This document shows positions 1-11,900 of a stretch of DNA of 64,000 nt, in pieces. Below the pieces are notes generated by a model. The model had not been told where the DNA came from and made no database searches. It saw only the letters and a program-made list of their open reading frames with translations. Source of the DNA: Malacoraja senta (lineage: Eukaryota); the NCBI GenBank assembly GCA_038087875.1, contig CM075978.1, positions 146,692,001 through 146,756,000 of the forward strand, given 5' to 3'. The position numbers were made by a program, and so were the translations under genes. Every line of letters begins with the position of its first letter. Within the stretch, counting starts at the first letter, position 1.

Positions 1-309
1 CTTATCTAGATCTGATGAGTTGTTGGGTGATTAATAATAACCCAGCTGGGATGCCAGAGGTGGAGATGTAAATGAAAAGAGCATGCACAAAGCAGCAAAT
101 GAGCTTTATTTCCCTTCTTCACACCTTGTCAACCACTAACCTAGACTTGGTGGTTGGGTAATGGTGCAGGGTTCAAGACAGAATCTCGGTAATGCACCCA
201 TACTGTCCAACTGTACCTCATAGTTCAGCCTCCTCATCACAGCAATTAAGCTTGTAAACGCTATTGCATGCAGTCAAGGGTAATTCCGTAATACCTCAGG
301 TAAGGAGAT

Positions 310-1037
310 CAAAATGTAAGCAACATTTTTGTAAGGATGGCTAAAGGGCATAAGGCAAGGCTGGCAGGTTTAGGGAACCCTGGTTAATGAGCGATATTCA
401 GATTCCTGTAAAAAAAAAGAAGGGGGCATAGGTCAGATATAGGCAGCTGAGATCAAGTGAATCCCCTGAAGAATGCAAATCATATGGGAATGTTCATAAG
501 TGGGAAATCAGAAGGACAAAAAAAGACGTGAGATAGCTCTGGCAGACAAGATAAAGGAAAATCCTAAGAAATTCTACAGTTATATTAAGAGCAAAAGAAG
601 AACAAGAGAACAGATACCCTTAAGAATGCTATTCAGCATCTATGTGTTGAGCCACAGGAGATGGGCCAGATGGTCAATGAGTACTTATTGAGGGCCATGG
701 TAATGGAATTGAGGGAAATGAGTAGGGATATGTTGCACCATATCCAAATTACAAACGAGGAGGTGCTAGTAGTCTTAAAGAATCTCAAGATGGATAAATT
801 CGCAGGGAACTGAGCGTATCTTTGGACATTATGGGGAGAGAGAGAGAGAGAGAGAGAAAGAGAGGTCATAGGGGAGGTACCAGACTGGAGCATGGCTAAT
901 GTTGTACCATTATTTAAGATGGGCTAAATAGACAAGGCAGGGAACTACGGTGAGCCTCTCATCAGTGGAGGGTAAGTTATTGGAGGGAATTCTGATGGAC
1001 AGGATCTATCACTATTTTGATATGTAAGGGTTGACTA
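310..1037 (+). mobile_element. CR1 (HER1-like) LINE ORF2 remnant, 5' part; interrupted by the L2 insertion
   Basis: ORF 500..691 reads REIALADKIKENPKKFYSYIKSKR (CR1 ORF2). Then 'gactggagcatggctaatgttgtaccattatttaag' and 'gggaactac' (DW..ANVVPLFK...GNY). The sequence resumes at 4536. Confidence 0.85.
835..862. repeat. (GA)n microsatellite
   Basis: Direct read: gagagagag... Confidence 0.9.
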
Positions 1038-1303
1038 GTCAAGTCAAGTCAAGTCAAGTCAAGTCAATTGTATTTCTATAGCACATTTAAAAACAACTCT
1101 CATTGACCAAAGTGCTTTACATTAGTGTAGGCACTAATGTGCTCCAAACAGTGATACATAGATCAACAATACATACATAAATACATACATACAGCGCTCC
1201 CTCAGGGGACCTCAAGAAAGGCTTGTGAGTAGAAATAAGTTTTAAGTCTAGACTTAAAAGAGTTGATGGAGGGGGCAGTTCTGATGGGAAGAGGGATGCT
1301 GTT

Positions 1304-3063
1304 TCATAGTCTAGGTGCTGCAACCGCAAAAGCGTGGTAGCCCCTGAGCTTATGCCTAGACTGCGGGATGGTCAGTAACCCCAAGTCAGCCGACCTGAGG
1401 GACCTGGAGGTGGTATGGTGGATTATCAGATTTTTGATGTAGGTGGGGGCAAGCCCATTAAGGGCTTTGTATACATAAAGAAGGAGCTTGAAATTGATTC
1501 GGAACCGCACTGGGAGCAGTGGAGAGAGGCCAGAATCGGGGTGATGTGGTCCCTTTTTTGGGTGCCCGTCAGGAGTCTCGCTGCGGCGTTTTGGACCAAT
1601 TGCAGGCGGGACAGGGATGATTGGCTGATGCCAGTGTAAAGGGAGTTGCAGTAATCAAGGCGGGAGGAGATAAATGAGTGGATGATCTTTTCGAGGTCAT
1701 CAAATTGGAGGAATGGTTTTATTTTAGCTATCGTCCGAAGCTGGAAAAAGCTAGCTTTTACCACGGCATTGAATTGTTTGTCAAATTTTAACGCAGTCAA
1801 ATATCACGCCAAGGTTTTTGACGTGAGGTTTGAGTAGTGGGGTAAGGCTTCCAAGGCTGCCTGCTATCGTTTTGATGGAGTCTGAGGGGCCGAGTAGGAT
1901 GACCTCAGACTTGCTTTCGTTTAGTTGGAGGAAGTTCTGGGCCATCCAACACTTTATATCCTCGAGGCAGTGGATAAGGTTAAGTAGATTTGATCGGCTG
2001 TTGGGTTTCAGGGGGAGATAGAGTTGTGTATCGTCTGCATAGCAGTGGAAGGAAATGCTGTGCCTTTGAATGATTTGGCCTAAGGGGAGCATATACAGGG
2101 AGAAGAGAATGGGGCCTAGGATGCTTTGTGGAATCCCGCAGCAAAGGCTAGCTGGGGAGGAGAAAGAGTTGCCTATGTTTGTAGAGAAACTCCTATCTTT
2201 GAGGTAGGAGACGAACCAGCTCAGGGCAGTGCCATCAACACTAACCCCGTACCGGAGACGGTCAATTAGGATGGTGTGGTCGACTGTATCAAATGCTGCG
2301 CTGAGGTCGAGAAGGAGCAGGATTGCACAGTCGCCGGAGTCAATGGTGAGAAGTAGGTCGTTATGTACCTTCAACAAGGTAGACTCTGTGCTGGGTGGGC
2401 CCTGAAACCTGATTGCAAAGTTTCCATGGTGGTATTTTGGTGTAGGTAAGGCATAAGTTGATTTAAAATTACCTTTTCAAGGACTTTTGAAAGGAAAGGC
2501 AGTTTGGAAATAGGTCTGTAGTTGCTAGGCAAGGTGGGGTCTAGGTTAGGTTTTTTCAGGAGGGGCTGGACCACCGCGTGCTTGAAGCAGGTAGGAACAG
2601 TGCCAGTTACCAGAGAACTGTTGATGATAGCGAGGATGCTGGGACCGGCAATGACATCCTTCAGAAGGGCCGAGGGGACAACGTCGAGGGGGCAGGTAGC
2701 AGGTTTCATAACGGTGACCAGCTTTACAAGGGAGGGTAGAGTAACGGGTTGGAAACAGTCTAATTTAGAAGAACAGACCAATGAGAAAGCTAGGTCACGG
2801 ATGGGAGGGGAAATATTCGTTCTGAAGTTCTTAACTTTGCTGGTGAAAAAAGGAATAGTAAATTCTTCACACTTAGCAGGGGACCCAGTTAAGCTGGTAC
2901 TGGGGGCAGGACATATGACAGAGGTAATGGTACTAAAAAGGACCTTGGATTTATGGGCGTTTTTGGAAATAAGGTCGGTAAAATATTGTGTTCTCGCAGA
3001 CTTTACTGCTTCCTGGTATTTGAGAAGATTGTTTCTCAGAAGTTCAAAGGAAATTTGAAGCAT
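1304..3063 (-). pseudogene. L2 reverse transcriptase, split over ORFs 2371..3063, 1781..2377, 1426..1800 and 1304..1510
   Basis: NYRPISKLPFLSKVLEK, QSGFR, LLDLSAAFDTVDH, PQ.SILGP.LF, YADDTQLY, SRLDYCNSL, QNAAARLL...HITPILASLH. Confidence 0.92.
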
Positions 3064-3156
3064 TGGATTTATACTTGCGTTCTGATTTTCTGCACTCTCT
3101 TCTTAGGACTCTGGTGGTGTCATTGAGCCAGGGCCAGCCTTTAGGCTTAGGTTTTT

Positions 3157-4032
3157 TCATTTTAAGAGGAGCAACAGAATCCAGGATGGAAGAGCAAGTG
3201 GTATTGAATAAAGAAATGATGTTGTGAGTGCTGAGATGGAGGGGAGACGCCTCGATGGTGCAGATGTCGGGGCGGCTATGAGAGCCTCAGAGAACTTACT
3301 GGCAGTCGAAGAGTTTATGTAGCGGGAGAAGCGAACAGGGAGATGGGATTTTGAGGGAGAGAAAGGCAGAGATGCATCGAATATAATTGCACTGTGATCT
3401 GACAGAAAGGGATCAATAATTTCTGTATTACAAATTGGGAGACCAGACGATAGCACCAGGTCGAGTGTATGGCCAAGCTTGTGCGTGGGTCCAGTGGTAA
3501 GTAGAGTCAGATTGAAGGACTCAACCAGGTTTATAAATTCACTCACAAGAGGCTTAGTGAGACAGCAGACATGAATGTTAAAGTCACCAAGAATCAGGAC
3601 CCGGTCAAATTTGGGCAACAAGCTAGCGATAAGATCAATTAAAAGTGGACAGATTAGACCAACTATAATTAGTTGATGTTCAAAACTGGAGAAATGATCA
3701 GCGTTCAGGAGGCGGCAGTTGAAATGTTTCTTAAACATAGTGGCTAGGCCCCCACCGCGACCGGAGAGCCTAGGCGAGCTGAAAAAGTTACAGTTATCAG
3801 GACAGAGTTCCACGAGTGGAGCAAGCTCACCAGGATTAAGCCAGGTTTCTGTGACCAGTAGGAAGTCCAATCCACATGCGGTGAAGAAGTCGTTGAGGAT
3901 GAAGGTTTTGTTCAGCAAGGATCTTGCGTTGATCAGGGCCACTTTAGCAGGGACTGCAGGTGAGTTGTGGTCCGGTAGCGGCTCCCACGCCAGCGGGCGG
4001 AGATTCAGGGAGACCACACTGCTGCGTTTCAC
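3157..4032 (-). pseudogene. L2 apurinic-type endonuclease domain
   Basis: Motifs LINARSL.NK, VTETWL, GRGGG, ILGDFNIH, THKLGHTLDLV, SDH in ORF 3157..4032. Confidence 0.9.
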
Positions 4033-4535
4033 ACATGGCCTGGCTGGGAGCCTGTGGGCCGACAGACCGGGAAGATTGACTGGCGAGAGGCATACCTGGG
4101 CTCGAGGGACCGCCGATGGATGGAGCGGTAGGGCCGACCAGATCCGTCTTCACAGTGCTGGGCGAGGTAAGCGAGGTAAGCTGATGTTGAACGGGCGTGG
4201 GCGAGAGTCTTCAACCTTTCCAGGGCGCCCGCGCGTTTACTCCGCCTCCTGGCTCGGTTAGTGCGGTGGCGGCTGCAAGCCCAAGCCCATACACCCACTG
4301 GGAGCCAAGCGAGGAGCGAGCAGTAGGGGAAGCTATGTCCGGGGCATTGTCTGGGGCCTCGGATGAAGACCTCGACGACCAAGGCTCGGATGTGCAGGAG
4401 TGTTTGGCGTTCGTAGACCAGGATTGACTGCAGGCCATACGGACGGTTGAGGTTGCTTTGTCCGGGGCTTTGTCCAGACGGGAGACGAAGGGCAGCCAAA
4501 CACAACGGTGCGGCCATCTTGAAAAACCTGAAAAA

Positions 4536-4790
4536 ACTAAGGATAGTCAGCATGGCTTTGAGAATGGGAAATCATGTCTCCTCATCCTGAGAGAGTTTTT
4601 GAAGAGGTAACCAAGAGAATTGGCAGGGTTATAGCCGCTGACCAGATGTAGCTAATACAGTTAGTAAATTTGCAGATGTCGCCAAAATTGGTGGTATAGT
4701 GGGCAATGAAGTGGACTATCTAAGTTTTTCTGGATCAATTAGGGAAGTGGGCGGATGGAATTTAATTCTAACAATTGAGAGATTAGTGTT
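4536..4790 (+). mobile_element. CR1 LINE remnant, continuation of 310-1037
   Basis: 'aggatagtcagcatggcttt' (DSQHGF) and 'agtaaatttgcagatg..aaaattggtgg' (SKFAD..KIGG). Confidence 0.8.
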
Positions 4791-4795
4791 TTGAT

Positions 4796-5050
4796 TTTAG
4801 AGTTTAGAGATACAGCGCTTTGGAGATACAGCGCTTCAGAAACAGGCTCTTTGGCTTAACGAGTCCGTGCTGACCATCGATCCCTGTACACTAGCGCTAT
4901 CCTACATACTAGGGACAGTTTCCAATTTTTACCGATGCCAATTATCCTGCAAACCTGTACATCTACGGAATGTGGAAGGAAACTAGAACTCCCGGAGAAA
5001 ACCCATGTGGACATGAAGAGAACATAGGCTCTGTACGGAGAGCACCCGTG
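4796..5050 (-). mobile_element. HE1-type V-SINE, partial
   Basis: Matches the reverse complement of the well-preserved copy at 61736-62055. Confidence 0.75.
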
Positions 5051-6197
5051 AAGTGGTCCATGTGGTCCATGGTCTGCCCTGAACCTTTATTATCAGAAGG
5101 CAGTGTTTAAGGCAGTGGAAATAGAATAGACGGGGACCTTTGCTTTTCGAATGGTGACTGTAAGACCCACCCCTCATATATGCTTTAGTCAATGAGTCAA
5201 CAGTGGTTTATTGCTTGGACTAGTCATTTGGTTGATATGTGACAACCTTCATGACAGCTGCAATTATTTTTTTCGATATGATCCAAGATATTGTCAACAT
5301 CAGCAGGTGAGCACATGAAGAAGTCTTTTAAAAAGGAAGCAATATGTCCCCATTCTGTTTGTTACCATGTAAGAGGATCTGTCATGATTCACAGTATTGT
5401 CCAACAGTTAACTACTGTTGAATGAGCGAGAGCCACCCACATGTTTTGACATCGGACATTTGATATAGGGATGCCATATATTTGAGGGGACTTAGTCATT
5501 TGCTGTTTAATAAGCTCATAGGTCACATTGTTATTTTCTTAGTTTTATGTGGTAAGACTTAATAACACAGGAGCACAATAGTCACTAACAGAAGTAACAT
5601 TGCACCAGGCGATGCCTGCATGAATTGAACAGCAAGTTTTTGTCGGAGAGAAAATTTGGTCTTGACCTCTGATCTGATGGGTCTTAGTGTATGCAGACGA
5701 GGTTTATTGTCTAGGTCAATTGCCACCCATTGTCCATTTAAAAAGATCTTCAGTATTCTTTAATCATTGACATGATTATGAGGGAAATATAACCGGGACA
5801 TTTTTATTGTATTAAGATGATGTTTTTCAGTACTGTGTGTTTTTATATCAGATTAAATCCTGCTATCAATCATTTCCTGATGAGTTTGCGCCAAATGAGC
5901 AAAACTGGATGGGGCTCTTACAGTCACGATCTATGTTTGTGTTGCTGATGTTTTCCAGGTGTCTGGTGTCAAGGGTCATTCACTGCAAATTTAAGCCCAT
6001 GCAGATGCAACTTGGGAGCACAAATTTCAACATGAAGATCGTCTCAGGAGAAGAAAAAAAGCACATTGAGCTAAGATTAAGATCATGCACAACTCAAGAT
6101 TTAAAGGTATACTATTCTGATATTGGGAAACTTGACAGGTCAGATCCAGAAATGGCTGAATTTTCAAACAGTTATATGAATTAAATCCCTGCCTGCA

Positions 6198-6520
6198 GTG
6201 GGAGTGTCTAGGACCAGGGGTATAGCTTCAGAATAAAAGGATGGAGATGAGGAAGAATTTATTTAGTCAGATGGTAGTGAATTTCGAATTCATTGCCACA
6301 GATGGCTGTGCAGGCCAGGTCAATGGATATTTTTAAGACAGAGATTTACAGATTCTTGATTAGTACAGGTGTTAGGAGTAATGGAGAGAAGACAGGAGAA
6401 TGGGGTTAAGAGGGAGAGATAGATCAGCCATGATTGAATGGCAGCGTAGACTTGATAAGCCGAATGGCCTAATTCTGCTCCTATAAATTATGAACATGAA
6501 TTTATAAACGTATGAACTCT
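6198..6520 (+). mobile_element. CR1 3' end
   Basis: 'gagatgaggaagaatttatttagtcag...gatcagccatgattgaatggc...gcctaattctgctcct' followed by a (tatgaa)-like tail. Confidence 0.8.
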
Positions 6521-7269
6521 GCAGGTGTAGAAACTCTATGGTTATGGCATTTGCAGACTAACAAGTATTTGGATTCAACCCTGATGCACCTGGTCCTTCG
6601 TGATTAGCCGGCCGCACCTATTTTGTGCTGTACGCCTCCATGGCTCTGTGAATCTCTATGCTTTGTTGCTTGGAATAAATAGTCAATGGTTATGTGACAA
6701 TCTCTATGACAACTGCACTGACTTTGACCTTTGACCTTTGACCTTTGACCTAATCTAGGATCTTTGATTTATGACCGATCCCAAGGCCTATGGGTAATAG
6801 AGTTCTATCAGCAGAGTTAGTACTGAAGCATTCATTCTATCAGCAGGTCAGCGGTTAAATAACACAACAAAACAAAGTTTGTGGTCTGAAACTAACTTTT
6901 TGATTTGGATTGGTTTACTATTATTGTCATGTGTACCAATGCATGCTATCCAAATAAATCAGATTGTACTATACTATACATGATGAATCAAGCCATATAC
7001 AAGTACAACAGTTGATGCAAAAAAATAGCAGAGTGACAATAACAGAGTGACAATAGCATAGCACAAAATTGTAACTGTACAGCATTGTAGCAGTACAGTT
7101 GCAAGGAGAAAAGTCCAGCGTCCGTAATGAGGTAGGTTGGAAGATCGGATTCAACATGATCCCACTATGTTTACATATTCTGTTGTGTAGACGCAAGTAA
7201 AAATGTCTTTGTTCTGTCTGGGACATATGTCAATAAAATACTATTGACTCTTGAGTCTTGACTCTTGAC

Positions 7270-7750
7270 TCATCCCTCCTGCTTCCCTTTCTGCATTTGA
7301 CAGGGACCACTTACTTCATGAGTCTGTGAGCCATTCTTCCATACCAGGCCACCACTCTCTATCCCATGCATCTGGAGGATTTGCAACATTGTCCATTCAA
7401 TCTTTCCCTTCCCACCATCTAGGGATCCAAGAAATCATTGCCGGGGAAGTAGTGATTCATTCGCAATTCTTCTAGTTGACTCTACTGTGTTCATTTTTCA
7501 TCACATGGCCTTCTCTGCATCAGAGATAACAAACGCAGACAGGGTAACACATTGCTACACATTGCACCTGTGCTCTGCTGGTAGGAGTGACCCTAAGCTT
7601 TGGGTTGTCTGCCATTTGTATTCCTCATCCCCTTTCCTCCCCATCTTCCTGCACTGTTATAACAAGGGCCAAGGTCATGTCAGAAATGTTTCATCTCGGC
7701 TTCTCTGCAGGACTCAGTATTGAATTCTTCAAACTTCAGATAACTTGCTT
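7270..7750 (+). mobile_element. Degenerate Penelope-like element GIY-YIG endonuclease region
   Basis: Decayed reading corresponds to F.RD.., YC..., LL.I.E.KRR.G, V..H.., and a terminal GLSIEFF, like the C-terminus of the copy at 21430-21630. Confidence 0.55.
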
Positions 7751-7886
7751 TTTCTTTCTGCTGGTGTCAGGAATGGCCATTTGTGCTTGCCATTCCTTTC
7801 TCCCATCTTTTTTTCCTACTACAGTATTTGTATATTCTGGCTTGGTCAGCACATCTGCCCAGGCCCGACTATAAAACATCACTGGA

Positions 7887-8545
7887 CTTCAATACAATAC
7901 AATTTATTTGTCATTTGGATCCCGTCGAGGTCCAAACGAAATGTCGTTTCTGCAGCCACACATTACAAAACGAAGAAGACCCGAGACACAACACAATTTA
8001 CACATACATCCATCACAGCGCTGTGATGGAAGGCAAAAAAAACGTATCTCTCCACTGCACTCCCCCCCCCCCCCCCCCCGATGTCAGAGTCAAAGTCAAA
8101 GCCCCCGGCGGGCGATGGTGATTGTCCCGCGGCCATTAAAGCCACGGCGGGTAATGCAAGGTCGCGCACCGGGTCTTGGTGTTAGAGCCCCGGCGTGCGC
8201 TCGCAAAGTCCCGCGGCCATTCCAAGCCGCGCGGGGCGATGATGTAAAGCCCCGCTCCAGGTGCTCTTCAACCCCGCAACTCGGGCGGGAGAAGTCGCCG
8301 CTGCGGAAGCCCCGAAAAGCGGTCTCCTACCAGGGACCCGCGGGCTTCCGGTGTTACCGTCCGCCAGACCCGCGGTTGTAGCCTCCGAATCTCCGGGGGT
8401 CGGGTCGCAGCAGCGCTCCACCACAGCTCCACCACATCTCCACCCGCTCCGGACTCGGCCAGCCCCGTGACGGTGAGTAGTCCGCAGCTCCGCAACTGGA
8501 GCCCCAGGTCGTTCCTGCTGGAGGCCGCTCCACGTTGCCCAGGTT
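7887..8545 (-). mobile_element. GC-rich non-autonomous retroelement with (ATTGT)n tail and 3' stem-loops
   Basis: Tail caatacaatacaat then tttatt on +. Stem tttggatc/ggtccaaa. Palindrome at 8009-8030. Same 3' architecture as 53993-54835. 5' boundary approximate. Confidence 0.65.
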
Positions 8546-9572
8546 GTCCACGTTTCACAACATTAGCAATACATTGCGTAGAATGCAAACTTAACTGTCC
8601 ATTCACCGGTGACATAATTGCACCCTGAATACCCCCCAGCTGCTCCTCACAGCCAGCATTGTTGCTTGAATACTTGTTGCTGTACTGTAACATAATTCTT
8701 CACACAATTCATAGTTTGAAGAATTCTGCAGCTCAAACGTGACAAGGTGTGGATTGTCCCTGTTTTTTTTTAATGTAGCTGTTACCCAAGCTTCCTAACA
8801 TAACTGTGTCAAAGAACATAATGGCTGACAACTGCTCAAATCTGGACTAATCATTATCCCATTTATAGTATTGCGGGAGCAGCACCACGCGTTAGAAGTA
8901 GTTAATTACAACATTAGAGGTAGTAAGATATCTGACACACAGATTAGTTATACTGTAAAGATGCTGTTGCAATAAGGGTAACTGATTTTAACTGTATCTC
9001 TTGGTGAACTGGAAGTAAAATACATTATTCACTAAAAGACTGATGTACTTCTGCATATTTTTGACTTTCAGAAATTGGATAAAGGCAGAGGAAATGTAAA
9101 TTGCTTTGTTATGAAGTACATTGGCCGAAGGTTTGAAATGTGAGAGATTTTGTGTGTATGAAAAAGACAGGTGTAAAATGACTATTTGTTGTCCACTTCT
9201 ATTTAATGGCCAACCATTCGTTCTCCTGCTCCACTTCTTCAAGTTGTGAAATCAGGTTATGAAGTGGCCATGTTCTCAGCCTGTAGACTATAGCGAGAAC
9301 ATGGAAGCAACCATTTCATAACCTCCTTCGTTTCTGAATTCACAATGCAGTCAAAATAATGGGACTGCCATGAGAAATCTAGGTTTAGTGCCCCAGGCAG
9401 ACTTAATTAAAACATCTCAAAGTATTAAGAAGATCACAAGATGAGCAGGGAAAGGCCGTTCTTTTGCAGGAGCATACAGAATGGTTTCCACAGCATGTAT
9501 CTGCTACTAGGGATACTTGTTGCCACTCACGTAGTAATTAGGATTGATTTTTTTTGTTGGAAGTAATTGCAT

Positions 9573-9870
9573 TAGACAATAGGTGCAGGAGTAGGCCATT
9601 TGGCCCTTCAAGCCAGCACCGCCATTCAATGTGATTATGGCTGATCACCCACAATCAATACCCCGTTCTTGCCCTCTCACCATATCCCCTGACTCCGCTA
9701 TCTTTAAGAGCTCTATCTAACTCTATCTTGAAAGCATCCAGAGAAATGGCCTCCACTGCCTTCTGAGGCAGAGAATTCCACAGATTCACAATTCTCTGGG
9801 TGAAAAAGTTTTTCCTCATCTCCGTTCTAAATGGCCTACCCCTTATTCTTAAACTGTGGCCCCTGGTTGA
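9573..9870 (-). mobile_element. CR1 3' end, (ATTGTCT) tail subfamily
   Basis: Near-identical to 17329-17511 and to the reverse complement of 17880-18128. Confidence 0.85.
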
Positions 9871-10959
9871 GGTGATCTAAAAATAATTAGAATCTTGAGA
9901 ATAAAATGTGTGTGCAGCTATTTTGTAGCAGGTTTGAGGTGACACCAATGACTTTATAGATTCAGTTTATCACATTAAATCTGGCCTTTAAACATGTGGT
10001 AAATCAAAGTGAATCCAGTTCATGGATTATTCTGGAGGAAATGTAGAGACACACCACCATGATTCAAATAAATGCCATGTCGGTTTTAGATTGCATCTGC
10101 TTCTGGTAGAAAGTCAGTAACTGTAGAATCCAAGTGACAAATGAGGATCTGATTTTGATTTCAGTCATTTACCTCATGCGATGCCATTACTTGAGGCTCT
10201 GTGAAAGATCATACTATAATCCACAGAAAGGATTGGGTGTTGCTTTTGAGTTCCATAATAGGTTTCTATACAAATATGAAACTTGCTACTACCTGTTGAC
10301 TTCTATTTTATAGTAAATCAAGAAATCACATACGATACACAAATGAATACCTTGTTAAAAAATGGGAATCAGATCTTTGTTTATGAAATGTATACAAGTG
10401 ATGACAAAGGATCATTGTTGCAAAGCATAAGCCTCTGGCAAGGAAATGCTTGTTTAGCAATTACAGCACAATAATCTGTTCCAAGTTCTGTTCTGAAACA
10501 TTTTGAAAGGCAGCATGTGTTTGCTTTATTAAAATGTTAGATGATTTCCCTAGGCATTAATCTGTATCAAAAACTATAAACATGCTTTTCTATTAAATAT
10601 TTTAGAACTACTCTTGCGTGTTACACCCTCATTATTTACATTTCATTTGCTCCCAATATTAACTTTGTTTTTAAATTTAATAGTTGGATTGAAAATTTGT
10701 ATTTTGTTTAATTCACTTAGCTAAATATTCCTTCTAACATATTAAAATAGATTTATTGGTGCAAAACTGCATTGAATTTCTATTTAGCAATTTCCCCACC
10801 TCAACTAATCATATCTCATGAGGTCAATGAAAGTAAACTTAGATCCTTATTTGGCATTTGATCTGCAGTTATTACTTTTCCCCATAAGCACAGGCTCTTT
10901 AAAGACTGCATTCCTGGTTTTATTACTTATACATTACAAGTATTAATTGTTCATGAAAT

Positions 10960-11370
10960 CAGAGAAACATACAGCTCAGAAACAGGCCCTTTTGGCCCAC
11001 AACGCCCATGCCAACCATGATGGCTATGCTAATGCCATTTGTCCATATTAGACCTGTATCTCTCTGCATCTTTCTTATTTAAGTACGAATGTCTTTTAAA
11101 TATTGTAATTGTATCAACATCCACCACCTCCTTATTTGACAGCTTGTTCCAGATATTTACCACCCACTATGTGAAAAACCCACCTCAGACCTACTTTAAA
11201 TTGCTCTAGTCTCGTTTAAAACCTGCACTTCCACCCTTTAGTTCTTTACTCCCCTGTCCTGGGCTAAAGATTCTGATTCTTTATCCTATCTATGCCCCCA
11301 TAATTTTCTAAACCTCTATATGGTTGCCCCTTGTGTTCCAGTGATAATCATCCCAACTGATCCAAGATTA
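10960..11370 (-). mobile_element. CR1 3' end, diverged
   Basis: 'gaaacaggcccttttggccca...ccaccacctc...gttccagat...accactatgtgaaaaa...ctatctatgcccc'. Confidence 0.7.
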
Positions 11371-11424
11371 TCAATTGCTGTTCCATTTAAAAAGGGAAAT
11401 TTGCAAGATCCAGGTTGAATTAGT

Positions 11425-11900
11425 TGAGTTTAGTTTAGTTTAGTTTAGTTTGGAGATACAGCATGGAAACAAGGCATTCAGCCCACCGAGTCCATACTGA
11501 CCAACGTATGACTAGTGTAGGAAGGAACTGCAGATGCTTGTTTAATCTGAAGATAGACACAAAAAGATAGACACAATAACTCTGGACAGGCAGCATCTCT
11601 GGAGAGAAGGAATGGGTGATGTTACGGGTCAAGACCCTTCTTCAGACTGAAGCAGAGTCTCAACCCGAAACGTCACCTGTACACTAGTTCTATGTTATCA
11701 CAGTTTCACATTTTACAGGGACAATTTACAGAAGCCAATTAATGTATAAAGTTTGGGAGGAAACCGGAGCACCCAGAGAAAATCCACATGGTCACAGGAA
11801 GAACATACAAACTCTGTACAGACAGCACCCATAGCCAGGATCGAACCTGGGTGTCTGGCGCCATAAGGCAGCAACTCTAGCACTGCGCCACTGTGCTGCC
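11425..11900 (-). mobile_element. HE1-type V-SINE with a nested Penelope-derived repeat (11517-11678)
   Basis: (TAAAC)n tail. B-box complement 'ggatcgaacc' near 11838. Body interrupted by the tgtaggaaggaactgcagatgc... element. Confidence 0.85.

Larger units (their letters stand above)
1038..4535 (-). mobile_element. Apparently full-length L2-clade LINE (APE endonuclease + RT), frameshifted, with (TTGAC)6 tail
   Basis: EN and RT ORF pieces listed below. 3' tail is (gtcaa)x6 at 1038-1067 on +. L2-type 3' end 'gtaaagcactttgg...gtgctatagaaata' on -. 5' end 'caagatggccgc'. Possible 4-bp TSD ACTA (1034-1037 / 4536-4539). The flanking CR1 rejoins across it. Confidence 0.9.

Noticed and set aside
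2522-3058. Plus-strand ORFs antisense to L2 (also 3719..4261)
   Set aside because: Shadow ORFs of the L2 coding strand with no recognisable domain.
5876-5910. Hammerhead-like CTGATGA...GCAAAAC
   Set aside because: GAAA is not intact, helix II is weak, and I found no helix III/NUH or helix I partner.
8080-8545. CpG-island promoter or GC-rich ORFs (also 54190-54800 and 4000-4520)
   Set aside because: GC-rich segments lie inside young retroelements; the ORFs are incidental to high GC content.
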